63,924 nt of DNA, filler included, from Lenisia limosa (GCA_001655205.1; 13 parts of 13 records of this genome joined end to end with filler, not necessarily neighbours in it), one strand, 5' to 3'; shown: positions 49,000-62,084, counted from the whole stretch's first letter. A program made the numbers and translations. Notes: a model not told the origin generated them from the sequence alone.

Positions 49000-51500
49000 G
49001 CAAGGAGCCCTCCTCCTTCCAATATCATTTCACTCCTCCCACCATCATCACGAGCTTTCATTCCTCCTCCCACCATCATCACGAGCTTTCATTTCACGGA
49101 TAAGTCGCTGGACTGTCTTATACTTCAGACCAAGAAACTACAAGGAAATTAATATGTTACAGGAGAGAGTACCGCTGTGATTATTTTTGAAGTAAAGTCT
49201 CTATTACAACTAGGAACATATATATTGGGAATTATCTTGTAAGAAAACATGGGGGAGGCACATGGAAGAGTTCAAAGGCAGTTCATATTACCTGCAATAA
49301 TCCCAGCATTTCAAACAATTTTAATCACAGCCTCCCCACCTCAAAGACGCGGAGAATCCTGACCTTCAACTGGCTTAATATGAAGTACAGTGCGACTGCA
49401 GCTAAATTCGTCGCAGTTGTATGGTTTTCTGGAGGGGGGGGGGGTGGNNNNNNNNNNNNNNNNNNNNNNNNNNNNNNNNNNNNNNNNNNNNNNNNNNNNN
49501 NNNNNNNNNNNNNNNNNNNNNNNNNNNNNNNNNNNNNNNNNNNNNNNNNNNNNNNNNNNNNNNNNNNNNNNNNNNNNNNNNNNNNNNNNNNNNNNNNNNN
49601 NNNNNNNNNNNNNNNNNNNNNNNNNNNNNNNNNNCAGTATATACAAGGACTCCGGCAATTAATTGAAATATTAATACCAAAATTTGAGGGGGACACGAGA
49701 GCAATGGAAACTCCATTTCAGGAACTTCAATTTGAAATTTGTCAAATATTTTCTCAAAAAAACTGATTGCACGGAGTCGTACACAACCGTTAATATATCG
49801 AGTTAATCACCAGGATAGTTTTGAGATCGTAATGAGCCCCAATAAAGACCCAGCCATCCCCACCCAGCACAGGGAGAAGAATCTTGAGGTAGCTTTCAGA
49901 GAATCGGCGAAACTGAACTGTAAAGAGAAACGAATGTGAATAATATGAAAGAAGGAAACACCAAAAACTGAATTGAAAGAGAAAATTAAAAGAGGAGAAA
50001 ACTGAGATCTTTCAAAAGAAAAGGGAAAGAGAAAAGTGAACGAAAAGAGAAACAGGAAAGAAGAGCGATTAATCTAAGGTTGACTACACACCTCCAGAAC
50101 AGACGGAAGTCCTTGGAGATGTCCCAATGAAACAGGCAANNNNNNNNNNNNNNNNNNNNNNNNNNNNNNNNNNNNNNNNNNNNNNNNNNNNNNNNNNNNN
50201 NNNNNNNNNNNNNTAGGCGGCTGCGGGGGGGGGGGTTATCGTATAGTAATATTATTATACAATAAAATGTGAAACATAATATGTATGATATGCTTCATAT
50301 AATATAAAGTCAAACAGCTGAAGACATTATCAAGCAAAAGAGAGAATAGATAGAGATGATAAATACAACAAGTGTCCACATCATTACTCTTATAAGAGAT
50401 CGAATGATAGTAAAAATTTAACCAATCATTTACATACTCAGTAAACACAGCTTTCTGCTTGGGTATTTCTCGAAAATTTTCGATAAAAATCAGTATTATA
50501 TTTAGGACTTCACTTCGGTTCGAAAAAGACCGGTAAAATATCGATAGTTTTCGAGGATATCGAAAAATTCGGTCGTTTTTCGAACCGAAGTGAAACCCTA
50601 AATATTGATGTGCGCCCAACTTACTGGGGAGGGCGACATCACACCACTCGAGCACTTTGGTGAGGGCGACGGAGGGGGTATGGAGGAACGACGTTGGGAT
50701 GGTAGTGGGAGGGATGGTAGTTTGGACGGAATCGGCTGGAGGATTGGGGGGAGGGCTTGGAGTGGAGGGGCCTGGGGCTGAAGACTCGGGGATGATGTTG
50801 GGGACTTTTGGAACATGTTTTTGGAGATCTTCAAAGTGAGAGAACTTCAAAGAATACCAATAAATATTAGGGTTCAACATAATCATATGTGATTGCTAAC
50901 AAAGACAGTGAGTAATGGTGATGGAATAGTAACTGTGGGAGAGGGGGAGTAAAATGGACAATTTATGAAACAAATAAGCCCAAAACAACTATGCTGGCAT
51001 GGAACACACTAAAATTGAAAACAGCAAACAAAGCCCAGCCCAGGCCGGGGGGTCAATGAATAGACCAAAATAGAAACAGAATCTGAAAGTTATTGAACTT
51101 GCTTGACTCCCTTCCCCTCTCATATATTGAGAAATATACCCCCTCACATATTTTGAAATGTCTGGAGTGGGAAGCTGCAGAGCCACCCTACAAAGCAGTG
51201 GGCATATGGGTAGAAAAGGGAAGCCATGAGGTTTTATTTATTTAGGACTTTACTCCAGACAGAAAAGGATCGGAAATATGATTCGAAGATTTTTCAGAAA
51301 ATAGTCTTTTTTTCGAATCGGGGTGAAGCTCTAGGTGTATTTCAACAATAAGCATACGCTGGAGCGGGTTTCAGCTCTTTTGCGGGAACTGGGGCAGAAT
51401 GTTGTACCTGCCGACAGTCAGTTTCAAGACCAGAACAACTGTTGAAGAAAGCCACCACCAGGTTGTTTGGGACATTCAAATGCCTTGTATTTATGTAGTT
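49000..51500 (-). CDS. Fragmentary multi-exon gene of unknown function
   Basis: Pro-rich exon (HVPKVPNIIPESSAPGPSTPSPPPNPP...VLEW) plus other AG/GT-bounded open segments; a family Y acceptor lies at 50933 on the minus strand. Confidence 0.3.
50505..50598. mobile_element. Family M MITE, intact copy in the opposite orientation
   Basis: TA|GGACTTCACTTCGGTTCGAAAA...TTTTCGAACCGAAGTGAAACCC|TA. Confidence 0.85.
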
Positions 51501-52056
51501 CAGTTGACAATCTTCCGCCCACTATTTACAAAAACCAGCCTTGCACAAACCACCACTCCAAGATTGAACACAAGCTATATTGTACAGCAACTTTTTCAAC
51601 CTTTACATCTACAGATATAATACAAACCTCTATGTCCAATATAAAACATGAACCACTCCAATATACTCATTACTTGAATCACTACATATTTATGATAGTA
51701 TCTATGATATGTAAAAAGAAAAATATAATACATAATAAATCACTCCACGGGCCTATTCTTCGATAATTAATCTGATATCCCAGACAACTTTCCCATTTGA
51801 AACCCTGCCTAAAACCTCAACACCCAATATCAACACNNNNNNNNNNNNNNNNNNNNNNNNNNNNNNNNNNNNNNNNNNNNTTAATTAATTAANNNNNNNN
51901 NNNNNNNNNNNNNNNNNNNNNNNNNNNNNNNNNNNNCCCCCCCCCCCCCCCAATATATCCTATTTCGATAGTTGCATGAGTTTAAGATTATTAGGGGAGG
52001 GCAGGGGTCTTGTCCAACTTTAAAAATACGGAGTAGAAATGACCCCTATAGCCTAC

Positions 52057-53040
52057 CATATTGATGTCGGCAGGGTTAATGGGTGCGGCAAGCATTTTGA
52101 TCTTGATCTGCATTGTCAGCATTTTGAAATGTTAACTTTTTTCTTTGTTGCCTTATTTGTGCTGATTCGGGTTTTTCTTTTGTGGTGTTGTTTATATATC
52201 ATATATACATACATGTTACAAGATCTAACAATATCATGATATATACCTGGTGTTGAAGCTGTGATCTGAATGGGTCATATCTAAATAAAACTTGTCTATG
52301 GGCCACCCCCACAGATGGGATTTTTGGGAGTCTGGGTTTTGTCTTCCGACAGGTTTAAGGAATATAAAAATTCGAGTAACAATTCACAAGAGAATTGGAG
52401 AATATAGATTCAATTTTTTAAAAAAATTCAAATCTTGCTAACCGAACCCAAAATATAGCAAAATTTGAAAAAACCCTTTCTGTGGGTGGCCTATTCTCAT
52501 CAATTGAGATTATCAAATTAAATATTGAAGGGAGACAAATTGTAATCAGAACTCCATTTCAGACTAGTTAAATTCAAATATTATCATTTCATTTCTTCAA
52601 AAAATTATATGCAAGGTGAAAAGGTGGAATTCTCTGGCACATTGACTTGTAATATAGTAGCGAAATAACGAACTAAATAACGTGGGAAAGAGGCAACACC
52701 CCAAAACCAACCTTGTCTCCTGAAATCTCCTCTAATTTGTCTGTTTCAATTCTAAAACCGAGTCAGAGGAGCGAGAGGGGGGTTGATGACCAACTTAAGG
52801 ACTTCTGAAGGCTCCCCGAATTCTCTGTAGCGCAGAACTTGCGCTTCGTTGAGCGTAGAAAACAACCTGCCTGTTAGCGAGGAATCCGAAGAATGATAAC
52901 GATTCACTATGAAACTAAGTACCTGCGTTTCGAAAAAATAATACTTTATTATTATGCTTAGCATCATGGGCGGTTCTAATGGCCGTTAATCGTAATCGAG
53001 TTCCTTTAAGTACCTTAATGACGCCTGCAGCCGTGGCCAT
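52057..53040 (-). CDS. MECR: Mitochondrial trans-2-enoyl-ACP/CoA reductase, N-terminal exons (3' partial)
   Basis: RLFSTLNEAQVLRYREFGEPSEVLK|IETDKLEEISGDK|IKIKMLAAPINPADINM (last exon 52107-52057) matches MECR/Etr1 (Y-x-x-x-G-x-P-x-x-V; MLAAPINPSDINM). Confidence 0.88.
52301..52491. mobile_element. ~190-bp imperfect TIR element in a MECR intron
   Basis: GGCCACCCCCACAGATGGGATTTTT ... AAAACCCTTTCTGTGGGTGGCC. Target-site duplication unclear; single copy in the window. Confidence 0.5.
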
Positions 53041-53919
53041 ATTGACGTATTTGCACCTCTCATTATTAAACTTGTCATCATTTTAGCGATTAAGCAATTA
53101 AGAAAGCCACTGGTGGATGATTTGTTTCTTTGTTTGCCATGGATTGAGCGATTATTTCAATACCATCTCACCGCATCCCCATTATTTATTTTCTTTCCCT
53201 GCAGTTTACTTTTTTTCTGATCTTCAAGGTGCGCCCCATGAAATAAGAAAGGGACTAATTTTCCGAGAATATACCCGCCGGCGTTCAGGGAATTCTGATC
53301 AGAAAGGTTCCAATGCTCCACCGACCACCCGAACCGGCCCCACCTATCACCATTAAAGTTGCCATATATAACAACAAACCGGAAGTGTACAACACCTTCA
53401 GTGGACGTGCTATAAAGCGAATTGTCAAAAGACAATTGCATTCCCCAAAAATTATGATATTTACATTTCGGTTCCGACTTCATTTTCAAAACACTTGCGA
53501 GTTCAGTATCACCTAAGACTTTTCACCGATTGGGGTTCAGACCAGATGCAATCAATATTACCCCATTCAGTTGAATGATGGAAAGTTTTAAGATTCTCGG
53601 GACTCCAAACAGACCCAGTCCTGAAGGGTTGTACAAATAGTAAGTTACAAATGAATTCTCTAATTAAATCAGGAAGGACGATTTTAGCTGTAAATGCGCT
53701 GACAAGCAAGTTCAATCTAAATGTCTTGTTACTAAATACGGCAACAGAGATTGGCAGCAGAGTGTCCTGAGAGTTTCTTTGATTTTTTTATATTACCACA
53801 ACCTTCTAGCTTCATATTTGCGGAAATTCAAATTCATTCAGTCTTCAATCATACCTTCCTATTTGATTAAAATTAGCCCCCATCTTCGTCATCTTCAATC
53901 AAGATTTAATAAAAAGAGT

Positions 53920-54175
53920 CTAATCATCATCATCGTCCCATGATTCAGGTACCACGCGACTTGCGATATTCTCCGGGGTTGGCGGCTGAAGTGTTAATAT
54001 CAAACAAATAAAAGAATAAGAAGATAATAAGCAAAAGTGAAATACAAACTTAGATCCTCAAAGTACCCACCACCCCCATGTACCTTCATAACCGGCTGTC
54101 TACCCCAGTTTGATGAAGGGCTTGGCGAGGCACCCAGGGCGACAAATCGATTTGCTGACGTCACTGACGGAGACT
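53920..54175 (-). CDS. Possible terminal exons of a gene ending in WDDDDD*
   Basis: LQPPTPENIASRVVPESWDDDDD*, stop at 53920-53922; upstream exon SANRFVALGASP. Confidence 0.3.
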
Positions 54176-54599
54176 GCTCCAGGTTAACAAGAATAAAAAT
54201 GTATTACATTTAATGAATTTGTGTTAACAAGAATACTGAAGAAAATTTGATACACAATTTTTTTAAAGTTTTCACAAAAATACTGTATTAATGCGGTGCA
54301 AGCAATACTACTAAAGTGTTAACAATAAAATTGTATTTAGGGCTTCACTTTGGTATCAAAAAGACTGGGCCAGCTAAACCTCATAGTTTTTGAGGATTTA
54401 TCGGGAAATTCAGTTTTTCGAACCGAAGTGAAGCCCTTTACTCCTTTTTTTGTACAAGAAAATATGAAATAAATCTAAGTAAACATAAGATTACATAATA
54501 TACCATAAGCAAATCACCATAAGTATTGTGGGCGCCTACTACTCCCTTACTAATCAGGTCCCGTCTCCACCCCTCCTCTTCCCACTTTTTCCTGTGCAG

Positions 54600-55462
54600 G
54601 TGAGGGTGAGGCTCGTGAAGTGATCCACGAGTTGTTTGTGGGGTTGGAAGGCCGCATTGTGAGGACAGTTCTAATAGGTTAGTATGCTAGCATTGTGATG
54701 AACGTTCTCATAGGTTAGTATACTAGCATTATACATTGGTGAGTAGCGTTGTGAGAATCCCTTGCTTAGTATCACATCTTGTCATGAGTATCGTCCCACT
54801 TTCCTCCGCCTATAACCCACTATCACCGCACATCCGGTCACACCCCCTCTAACGCCCCATTATCCTGCTAGGACACTACGGTTCGGTAAAATATCGATAC
54901 TTTTTAAGGATTATCGAGAAATTCAGTCTTTTTCGAGACCGTAGGGAAGCCCTAAAAATACTATAACTCCTCTATACCCCCACCTTGTCGGTGCTGACGG
55001 CGATTTAGAATCGAAGTCACTCGCACAGACCCTGATAGTAAGTGAGGGGGATTACTAAGTCTTTTTATTAAGTGAGGGGGATTACAGCACGAGGGTTGAT
55101 TGCAACAGAATAAACAAAGCCCAGGCTAGTTGCTTCTGCAGTACCGAATCCCATCACCACTTTGATAAGTATGTAAGGGGGAGGGATTACTCCCCCCACC
55201 AGATACTCCCTCCCCCACCAGATACTCCCTCCCCCCTATATGCATGCCTCTGCGGTTGTGTAATTGTTGCTCTTCTTGATATTATTTTCCTCACACATCC
55301 TTCCTACCCAGTCACATAATCCCCACCCTACTAAAATCACCCCGCCCCCCCTTCCGTTGTACCCCGCACCGTTTAGCCGAAACGCCGGCGATTCTGTCGA
55401 GATTGGCCGCACAGTCCGCCACCAGACTCAGGTTCTTGAAGACCGCAAGGAAGTGCGTGGAG
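54600..55462 (+). CDS. Possible spliced gene fragment of unknown function
   Basis: Exons GEGEAREVIHELFVGLEGRIVRTVLIG, ESKSLAQTLI and RNAGDSVEIGRTVRHQTQVLEDRKEVRG, with AG/GT boundaries; truncated by the scaffold spacer. Confidence 0.3.
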
Positions 55463-55604
55463 NNNNNNNNNNNNNNNNNNNNNNNNNNNNNNNNNNNNNN
55501 NNNNNNTTAATTAATTAANNNNNNNNNNNNNNNNNNNNNNNNNNNNNNNNNNNNNNNNNNNNCCCTTCCCCCCCCCCCCTGCCCCCCTTGTGTTCACAGT
55601 TTAG

Positions 55605-55856
55605 CACAATGATGCGAATGTTATCGCAATTGGTGGACGTGTGACAGGTCCCGAAGTAGCCAAGGTAAGGAAAAACTCTGTATATTTTTTGTCTCACCTA
55701 ATCAACGGGAGGGGGTTATGCTTTTGTTTTGCTTTTAGATATATATAGTATGCATTGACCACTCAGGAAATGATTGATACCTATCTTGAAGCCGAGTTTG
55801 AGGGTGGCCGTCATGCCACGAGAGTCGGACTCCTTTCCGCACTCGAGTCCAACTAA
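55605..55856 (+). CDS. rpiB: Ribose-5-phosphate isomerase B (RpiB/LacAB family), last two exons
   Basis: Exons 55605-55664 and 55767-55856 give HNDANVIAIGGRVTGPEVAK|EMIDTYLEAEFEGGRHATRVGLLSALESN*, with the hallmark HN-x-ANV...GGR and FEGGRH-x-x-R motifs. Confidence 0.9.
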
Positions 55857-56271
55857 AAATAGTCCTAGTTCTTTACATTTTCGATGTGTGATGTAGATCA
55901 ATAGTGCATTTTCAGGAAACGGCTTTTGAAACAGTTTTTACCATATAATTATCATATGAAGTATTGAAATACGTTCATTGAGAGGGGTATGAATATCATT
56001 ATATTATTATAGGCTTTATATATAACCAGGCAAAACAAAAAAACACCACTCCCGCCCGCACCGCACCCGGCTGTTAAAACATGGATAAAATTAGCCAGTG
56101 TTAGCAGAGAGCAGAGAGATAAAATATATATTAATTTAACACTGGTGGTAAGTAAACGATTAAAAAGCTGCACAAGAAGGAAAGCCTCCCCCCCCCCCTA
56201 TCACACTCACTCTGGCGCAACCATCGCAACTCTCTTCTCTCTCGTTGAACCTGGTGATAGACTTCAAAAAG

Positions 56272-57650
56272 ATGCCAGGGGCTATATCTACTTTAAACCT
56301 TGATGTCCTCAAGAAGACAGACCAAAGTGTATGTCGTCTCCTCTTCGTCTCGCCCCAAGCTGCTCTGTATAAGTTCGATTCCACTGAATGGGTGAGCACT
56401 GGAAGACTCTTCTCCTCCATTTCCCTATTTGGAACCACTTTTCATTTTCATTTTTTTTATAGGTAAAAAGAAACATTGCTGGACCAATCTTCCTTGTTGA
56501 AAGGTATCTTATTTGCATGTTGTCCCTGCTTTTTATTCTCCTTTTCCGTATAACGTTTTCAGGACTGCTACACCCCAATTTGAGATAATCCTTTTAAATC
56601 GCGAAGGAGAGACAGACTTTGTTTTAGGACTCACACACCTTATCAAATTCCAGCATTCCCATCCATACATTATTTTCATGGAGTAGGTTTTATCATCTAT
56701 TTGAGGGAATCACGTGTTTATCTCCAACAATCGCTTCACAAAGTAACTTGTGTTAGGAACAATGAAACTCATGGGCTTTGGCTTTTTGATGAGAAGGACG
56801 CTAAGACTTTCGCAAACATTGTTCCGAGGTAAGTCCTGAAGGAAATCTTGTTCTGGTCACACCAGTGATTTAATCTTATCAGTAACAGTTCATTAGAGGA
56901 ACTCATTATTCCAGATTGTCCGGAGGAGACATGACTGCGCTAGCTGAAGTGTGAGTTGCGTTTTTTTGTTTTTGTTTTTGACCCCCATTAGCCCCAGCTA
57001 CCTTTTTCTCCTCCCCTCCACCTCTTTATTCAATGAAGCTATTAAGGATATAATATATATGTATGATATACCAATAGCAATATTGATAATGGGTTACTTT
57101 AGCTGTTTACCACCTGGACAAAAGATCTTATATTTTTGCAGTCACTGTTATTAAAAGCACAAGCTGTGATTTTCATTTGTAGACCCGCTCTGAAAGAACC
57201 TGTTCTCCCAAGCCCTCTCTCCCCTATTTCCACTAAGACTAAGGAATCTAGATCAGCATCCCAGGTATGACAAAGCCAATCCTCTCTTTTTGATAATGAT
57301 CAAATGAATATCAACGGATATGGTGAGGAATGACTCACCTTGTTAGCCTCGGTCTCGTCCAGCTTCACAGTCTGCCAACCCAACATCTACCAAGAAGTAC
57401 TCAAAGCAAAAGTAGGAAAGATGCTGGGGGTTGTTTTTTGCAAGTGTTGAAACATTTATTTATTTATAGAAGAAGGGTAAACGAACTATACAACAATACA
57501 AGGATTAGAGCTGGATTTGAAAGACGGAGNNNNNNNNNNNNNNNNNNNNNNNNNNNNNNNNNNNNNNNNNNNNNNNNNNNNNNNNAAAGAAACATGGCTA
57601 GTGCAGACAAAGACGGAACTCCTGCTGCTTGCCCTTTGACAGGCTAGGCT
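56272..57650 (+). CDS. DCP1: mRNA-decapping activator Dcp1 (EVH1 domain)
   Basis: In-phase exons 56272-56391, 56463-56503, 56563-56682, 56757-56828, 56915-56950, 57183-57264 and 57347-57411 give LNLDVLKKTD...ALYKFDSTEW-VKRNIAGPIFLVER...IILLNRE...HPYIIF...GLWLFDEKD. Confidence 0.85.
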
Positions 57651-57992
57651 CTCTTTGAAAAAAAGGTGCCTGAGTTATGAAGAGCTAGGAGACCAGTCCT
57701 TGGATGGAGCATTATGAAAAAGACATCTCCAATATTTTCCTGCATCNNNNNNNNNNNNNNNNNNNNNNNNNNNNNNNNNNNNNNNNNNNNTTAATTAATT
57801 AANNNNNNNNNNNNNNNNNNNNNNNNNNNNNNNNNNNNNNNNNNNNATTTCTCATAACTAAACTATATATAGCTAGTGACATGTATTACACCGTCGCTCT
57901 ACCTTCCTTATAGGACAATATATTATGCATCTGCCTTCCTTATGGCAATGTCCTCTCATCATCCTGCACCTTTACACTCCCTCCCACCCCAG

Positions 57993-58464
57993 AGTACAGA
58001 AGACTTCCACAGCGCTTCAGATGCCCTCGCCCTTAAGTCCTCTAAAATGCCATCAATGACGTCATCAATGGCGTCGACAGGCTCGTCGGTGTATAGTACC
58101 CAGGACCAGGATATCGACTCAATTGAATCGGATGTGAGGGGGGGGGNNNNNNNNNNNNNNNNNNNNNNNNNNNNNNNNNNNNNNNNNNNNNNNNNNNNNN
58201 NNNNNNNNNNNNNNNNNNNNNAATAACTGATTTTCATCCCTGATGGGATACGGTGCAGCAGAAGCGACTGGCCTGGAGCTTTTTTTGCTGTTTGTTTTGT
58301 TGTTTTCATATTTTCCAATTTTACCCTGCCCCCCCCCCCAGGCTATCGTGGATATGGACTCGGATGTGGGGTTGCTCCCCCAGGATTCCAATTTAAATAC
58401 CGAGGTAACTCAAGAACCTTTGGAGGAAGACGATCTAGATCTAGAACGGGATATTGTATTATAG
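57993..58464 (+). CDS. Last exons of a Ser/acidic-tailed protein (5' partial)
   Basis: STEDFHSASDALALK...DIDSIESD|AIVDMDSDVGLLPQ...DLERDIVL*. Confidence 0.4.
58238..58341 (+). repeat. Family Y repeat at acceptor 58341
   Basis: TGATGGGATACGGTGCAGCAGAAGCGACTGGCCTGG...TTTCATATTTTCCAATTTTACCCTGCCCCCCCCCCCAG. Confidence 0.8.
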
Positions 58465-59329
58465 TGGCGGGGATGTTTCAGGGTTTTATTATTATTGTTG
58501 TTGTTGGTATGAGTTAGTTCTATTGTTGTTTTCTCAAAATGGTGACTATTTATTTTCATTGTGTGGAAGAAGGAGGAAGTGGAGTTTCAATTTCTCTTTT
58601 TTGAGTGTATTTCTCACACCTTTCTGCACCTTTGATTAGACAAAAAGACTGAATATCCCTCGATAAAAATCGATATTTCGTCGGTCTTGTTAGGAATTAG
58701 GACTAAAGAAGCCTAACGTGTGAAACATTTCAATTTTGACAACGTCAGAAATACGAAAGTGAACCATTGCCATGTTGTGACTTTTAAACATTGTTAATTC
58801 AAAGTTGGGTAAAATTACATCGTGTGATAAAAGTCCAATTACTAACTGCATGGATTGATGTGGCTTCAATTCAATTCAACGGAAAATGAAACCTGAAATT
58901 GTTTTTGTTTTTTACCCGACCGTTCATAAGTGAGTTCCCTTCTCCCCAGAACAGCGTCTAACTAATCGTCGAACATTTCCAAGCGTCCAAATTTTGGAAA
59001 TAACGAGGCAACTTCTCGATTTTCCTATGTCCCAAGTTGTCCTTCATTTGAGGTAAAACGTAGTTCGAGGATCGAAATTCAGTCTTTTTTGAACACTGAT
59101 TAGTATCTGACCGTAGTTTTGATTTTCAAGGACCCGCTTGAGATATATTGGATTATAGTACAACATTATTTCACCCTACCATTTACCGCAGCGAATTATT
59201 AGACTAGAAAATCAACCAGTGAGTAGAAAAACAATTAGTATATATTACACATATAACAGTCCACACACACTAGAAAGATCGAACAACAAAGCCAATCTTA
59301 ACAAACAAACAAAACGATAAGTACACAAG

Positions 59330-60069
59330 ACCTGACTAGACGTTGGAATAAGGATTCTGGGGGGCTGTAGGTTGAAGCTGAGTGTCCCCTCCGGCAGCGG
59401 GGGGAGCCTGGTAGTTCTGCGAGGGTCAAGGTTGATTCTGCATTCAGCCCTCAAATAAGCACAAAAGAATATTGAGCCTATCCATTTGAATAGGTAATGT
59501 GGTATGGAGTGATCGGGATAAGTCTTGACCTATTTTCCTTGGAAAATCAGATAACAAATCAGTCAAGACTTATCCTGGTCACTGTATATGCATAATGTGA
59601 AAATAATAATAATAATCATCATAATAATAAAGATAATAAAAAGTAGTCCCGGAGTTTACTAAGTGCTTTCGTACCTGAACAGGCTGAACGTTCTCGTATC
59701 TACGGCAAAGCGTACTGGAGCGGTCGAATACAGGAACTACCATATAGAAACCCTCGGGGACCGGGGTGCTGACGGGGAGAATCTGGGTGGTTATCAACTC
59801 TCTCACAACTAATGTGTAGAAATGCAAAACAAAGATTGAATAACTGTCTATATATTATATCGCAATGAGAAATAGAAAAACAAGTTTGTATCTGACCGAA
59901 ACCGACCACACTGCACACCATCACGCTGATAAGCGAAAAATAATGTTAAAATAATAAATATATCACACCACACATTCCTGCCGCATACCAAAGAGTCGTA
60001 GAAGTAATGGGGACGAATGAACTTGTGTTCGGGGTAGTCGAGGAGAGCATCTCCAAACACGCAAGAGGC
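59330..60069 (-). CDS. Terminal exons of an unidentified gene (5' partial)
   Basis: ASCVFGDALLDYPEHKFIRPHYFYDSL|ILPVSTPVPEGFYMVVPVFDRSSTLCRRYENVQPVQ. Separated from HAS1 by a scaffold spacer, so not part of it. Confidence 0.4.
59508..59584. mobile_element. Short Tc1-like MITE, family T (TA|CAGTGACC-x-GGATAAGTCTTGAC ends)
   Basis: AGTGATCGGGATAAGTCTTGAC ... GTCAAGACTTATCCTGGTCACTG|TA. Related ends at 26847-26868, 44615-44634 and 60885-60969. Confidence 0.6.
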
Positions 60070-60159
60070 CTGGAGTGTGAGGTGGAGTAAAATTGGAAAA
60101 TTTATGAGACAAAAAAACCCAAAATCAACTCTGTTGGCTGACAGCACACGAGGGTTGAT
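60070..60159 (-). repeat. Family Y repeat at an acceptor
   Basis: Reverse complement ATCAACCCTCGTGTGCTGTCAGCCAACAGAGTTGATTTTGGG...CATAAATTTTCCAATTTTACTCCACCTCACACTCCAG. Confidence 0.85.
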
Positions 60160-60282
60160 NNNNNNNNNNNNNNNNNNNNNNNNNNNNNNNNNNNNNNNNN
60201 NNNTTAATTAATTAANNNNNNNNNNNNNNNNNNNNNNNNNNNNNNNNNNNNNNNNNNNNCCGGGTACCCCTCCCCTCATTAC

Positions 60283-61953
60283 CTGGGTGCCATCAGCCAT
60301 GAGGTCACGAGCGACACCGAAGATCTGGAGAGCAAGTTCGCGGGTCGGAGTGATGATAATTACGCCGGTTCCGTTTCTAGGCTTGTATTGGGCCTGGCGG
60401 AGTAAAATTGGAAATTGTATGAAACAAAAAAAGCCCAAATCAACTATATTGGCTGACAACACGCGAAGATGATAACAACAAAACAAACATCGCGTGGGGA
60501 GGAATAATCTGAAACTCCAAACAAACAAACAAAACAAAACAAGCAAACCCGTGCCCACCTGGATAAGAAGTTCAATAGCCGGAATGAGGAAGGCAAGGGT
60601 CTTTCCGGATCCCGTGCGCGCAGCGCCTGTTGCGTGATTTAAGAACGTGTGGTAATTAGGTGAGAAATAAAAGGCGACTGTTCGTTAAAAGTGGGGTTTC
60701 ACTTCGGTTCGAACAAGACAGGTAAAATGTCGATAGTTTCTCGAGGATTTATCGAGAAATTCAGTCTTTTTTCGAACTGAAGCCAAAATGGGTTCAAAAA
60801 CCGCGAAAAAAATTGGCGTATTTGTTTTATTGGAGTGGAGTAAAAGGGCAGTCAATGACTATCGAAGATAGTGTTCATTATGTACAGTGACCGCGATAAG
60901 TCCAGGCACAATTGACTAATGATAAAGCTCAATATCCGTGTAATCACTTTTCGCGGTCATCATACACTGTGTGGAAATGAGAACTATTCGGGTTACAAGA
61001 CGGGGAGAGCTGTCGATGTAAAGATTGGGTTCCTATGGCAATGTGAACCTGTTCAAACCAACACCCTCTCCCCCTTTAAAGCCAGATCTCCAACAAACCA
61101 AGGACATCTTGTCCATCAAGGGTGTGTTTGATTGTCTTAGCTTGGATCTCAGTCATGAATTCGAAGTTAGCTGTGGTGGGGAGAGTGAGGTCGCTTTAGC
61201 CACGTTTATAGTGTTTAACATTGTTAAAAGTGTGAATAAACGAAGCCTACAAGATGCGAGGGTGCTTTTGAGTGAATCGCAGATGTCAAGGTCAGCAAAC
61301 TTCTCCTTGGTCAGGATTGATCTCGTTGCTAGAATAAAATAAGTATTTGTCTTAATTAAAGGAGTTTGAAGCCCACCAGTCCTCTTGGCTTCCTCCTTAG
61401 TAGGCTCAGCAGCAACCTTCTCTTCCTTCTCAGCGGTCTAAAGAGGTTACCAAGGTCTGTATTGACAGCTTTCTTCCTCAATTAACCTCCAAACCTCTTC
61501 CTTGGCATCGTCACCCTTCTTGGCCTTCTTCTTCTTCTTCTTCTTTTCCTTCTTCTCCTTCTTCTCAACCTTCTCTTCCTCAATCTTGACTGGCTCAGCA
61601 ATAAGAGGCTCCTCCTCGACCTTAAACGTGGTCTCCTCGTCATCGTCCTGGAAGACAAAGTCCTCTCCCTCACTGATCATCTCCTCCTCCTCGTCACCAA
61701 GGGCCATTGTAGGCTCCAGGTCGGAATCTGAGCCGCTATCAGCGGAGTACTCACCATCGTTAGTAAGACCAAGGGATCCGAGATCAACAGGAAGCTCAAC
61801 CTCAGGCTTCTCTTCAACAACAACCATCTTTTCCTCAAGCCCAAGCTCCTTCTTCAGCTTAGCTTGGAGCTTCTTGGCCTTCTTCATGCCCTTGACGGGG
61901 AGAGATGGCTCCTCTTTTTTAACTTTAGTGGTCTTCTTTGACTTTCTTGCCAT
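60283..61953 (-). CDS. DDX18: DEAD-box RNA helicase HAS1/DDX18 (3' partial)
   Basis: Lys/Glu-rich exon 1, Q motif (FADLDI...[12 protein letters not shown]), Walker [20 protein letters not shown], and the Has1-specific [30 protein letters not shown]. Confidence 0.9.
60394..60490 (-). repeat. Family Y repeat at an acceptor inside HAS1/DDX18
   Basis: Reverse complement ends TTTCATACAATTTCCAATTTTACTCCGCCAG|GCCCAATAC; the exon encodes AQYKPRNG. Confidence 0.85.
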
Positions 61954-62084
61954 ATTGAAAAGGAATTTGAAAACCGAAAAATTAATTTATATTTAATAAC
62001 ACGTGGGGGTACCGTGAAGAAATAGGGGTGGTGTAAAATCGTACCTTCGTCATCAGGTTTTACGCGGCCCGGCCGGACGTCTCA

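Noticed and set aside
61502-61996. 164-aa plus-strand ORF rich in S/F
   Set aside because: Antisense shadow of the Lys/Glu-rich first exon of HAS1/DDX18.
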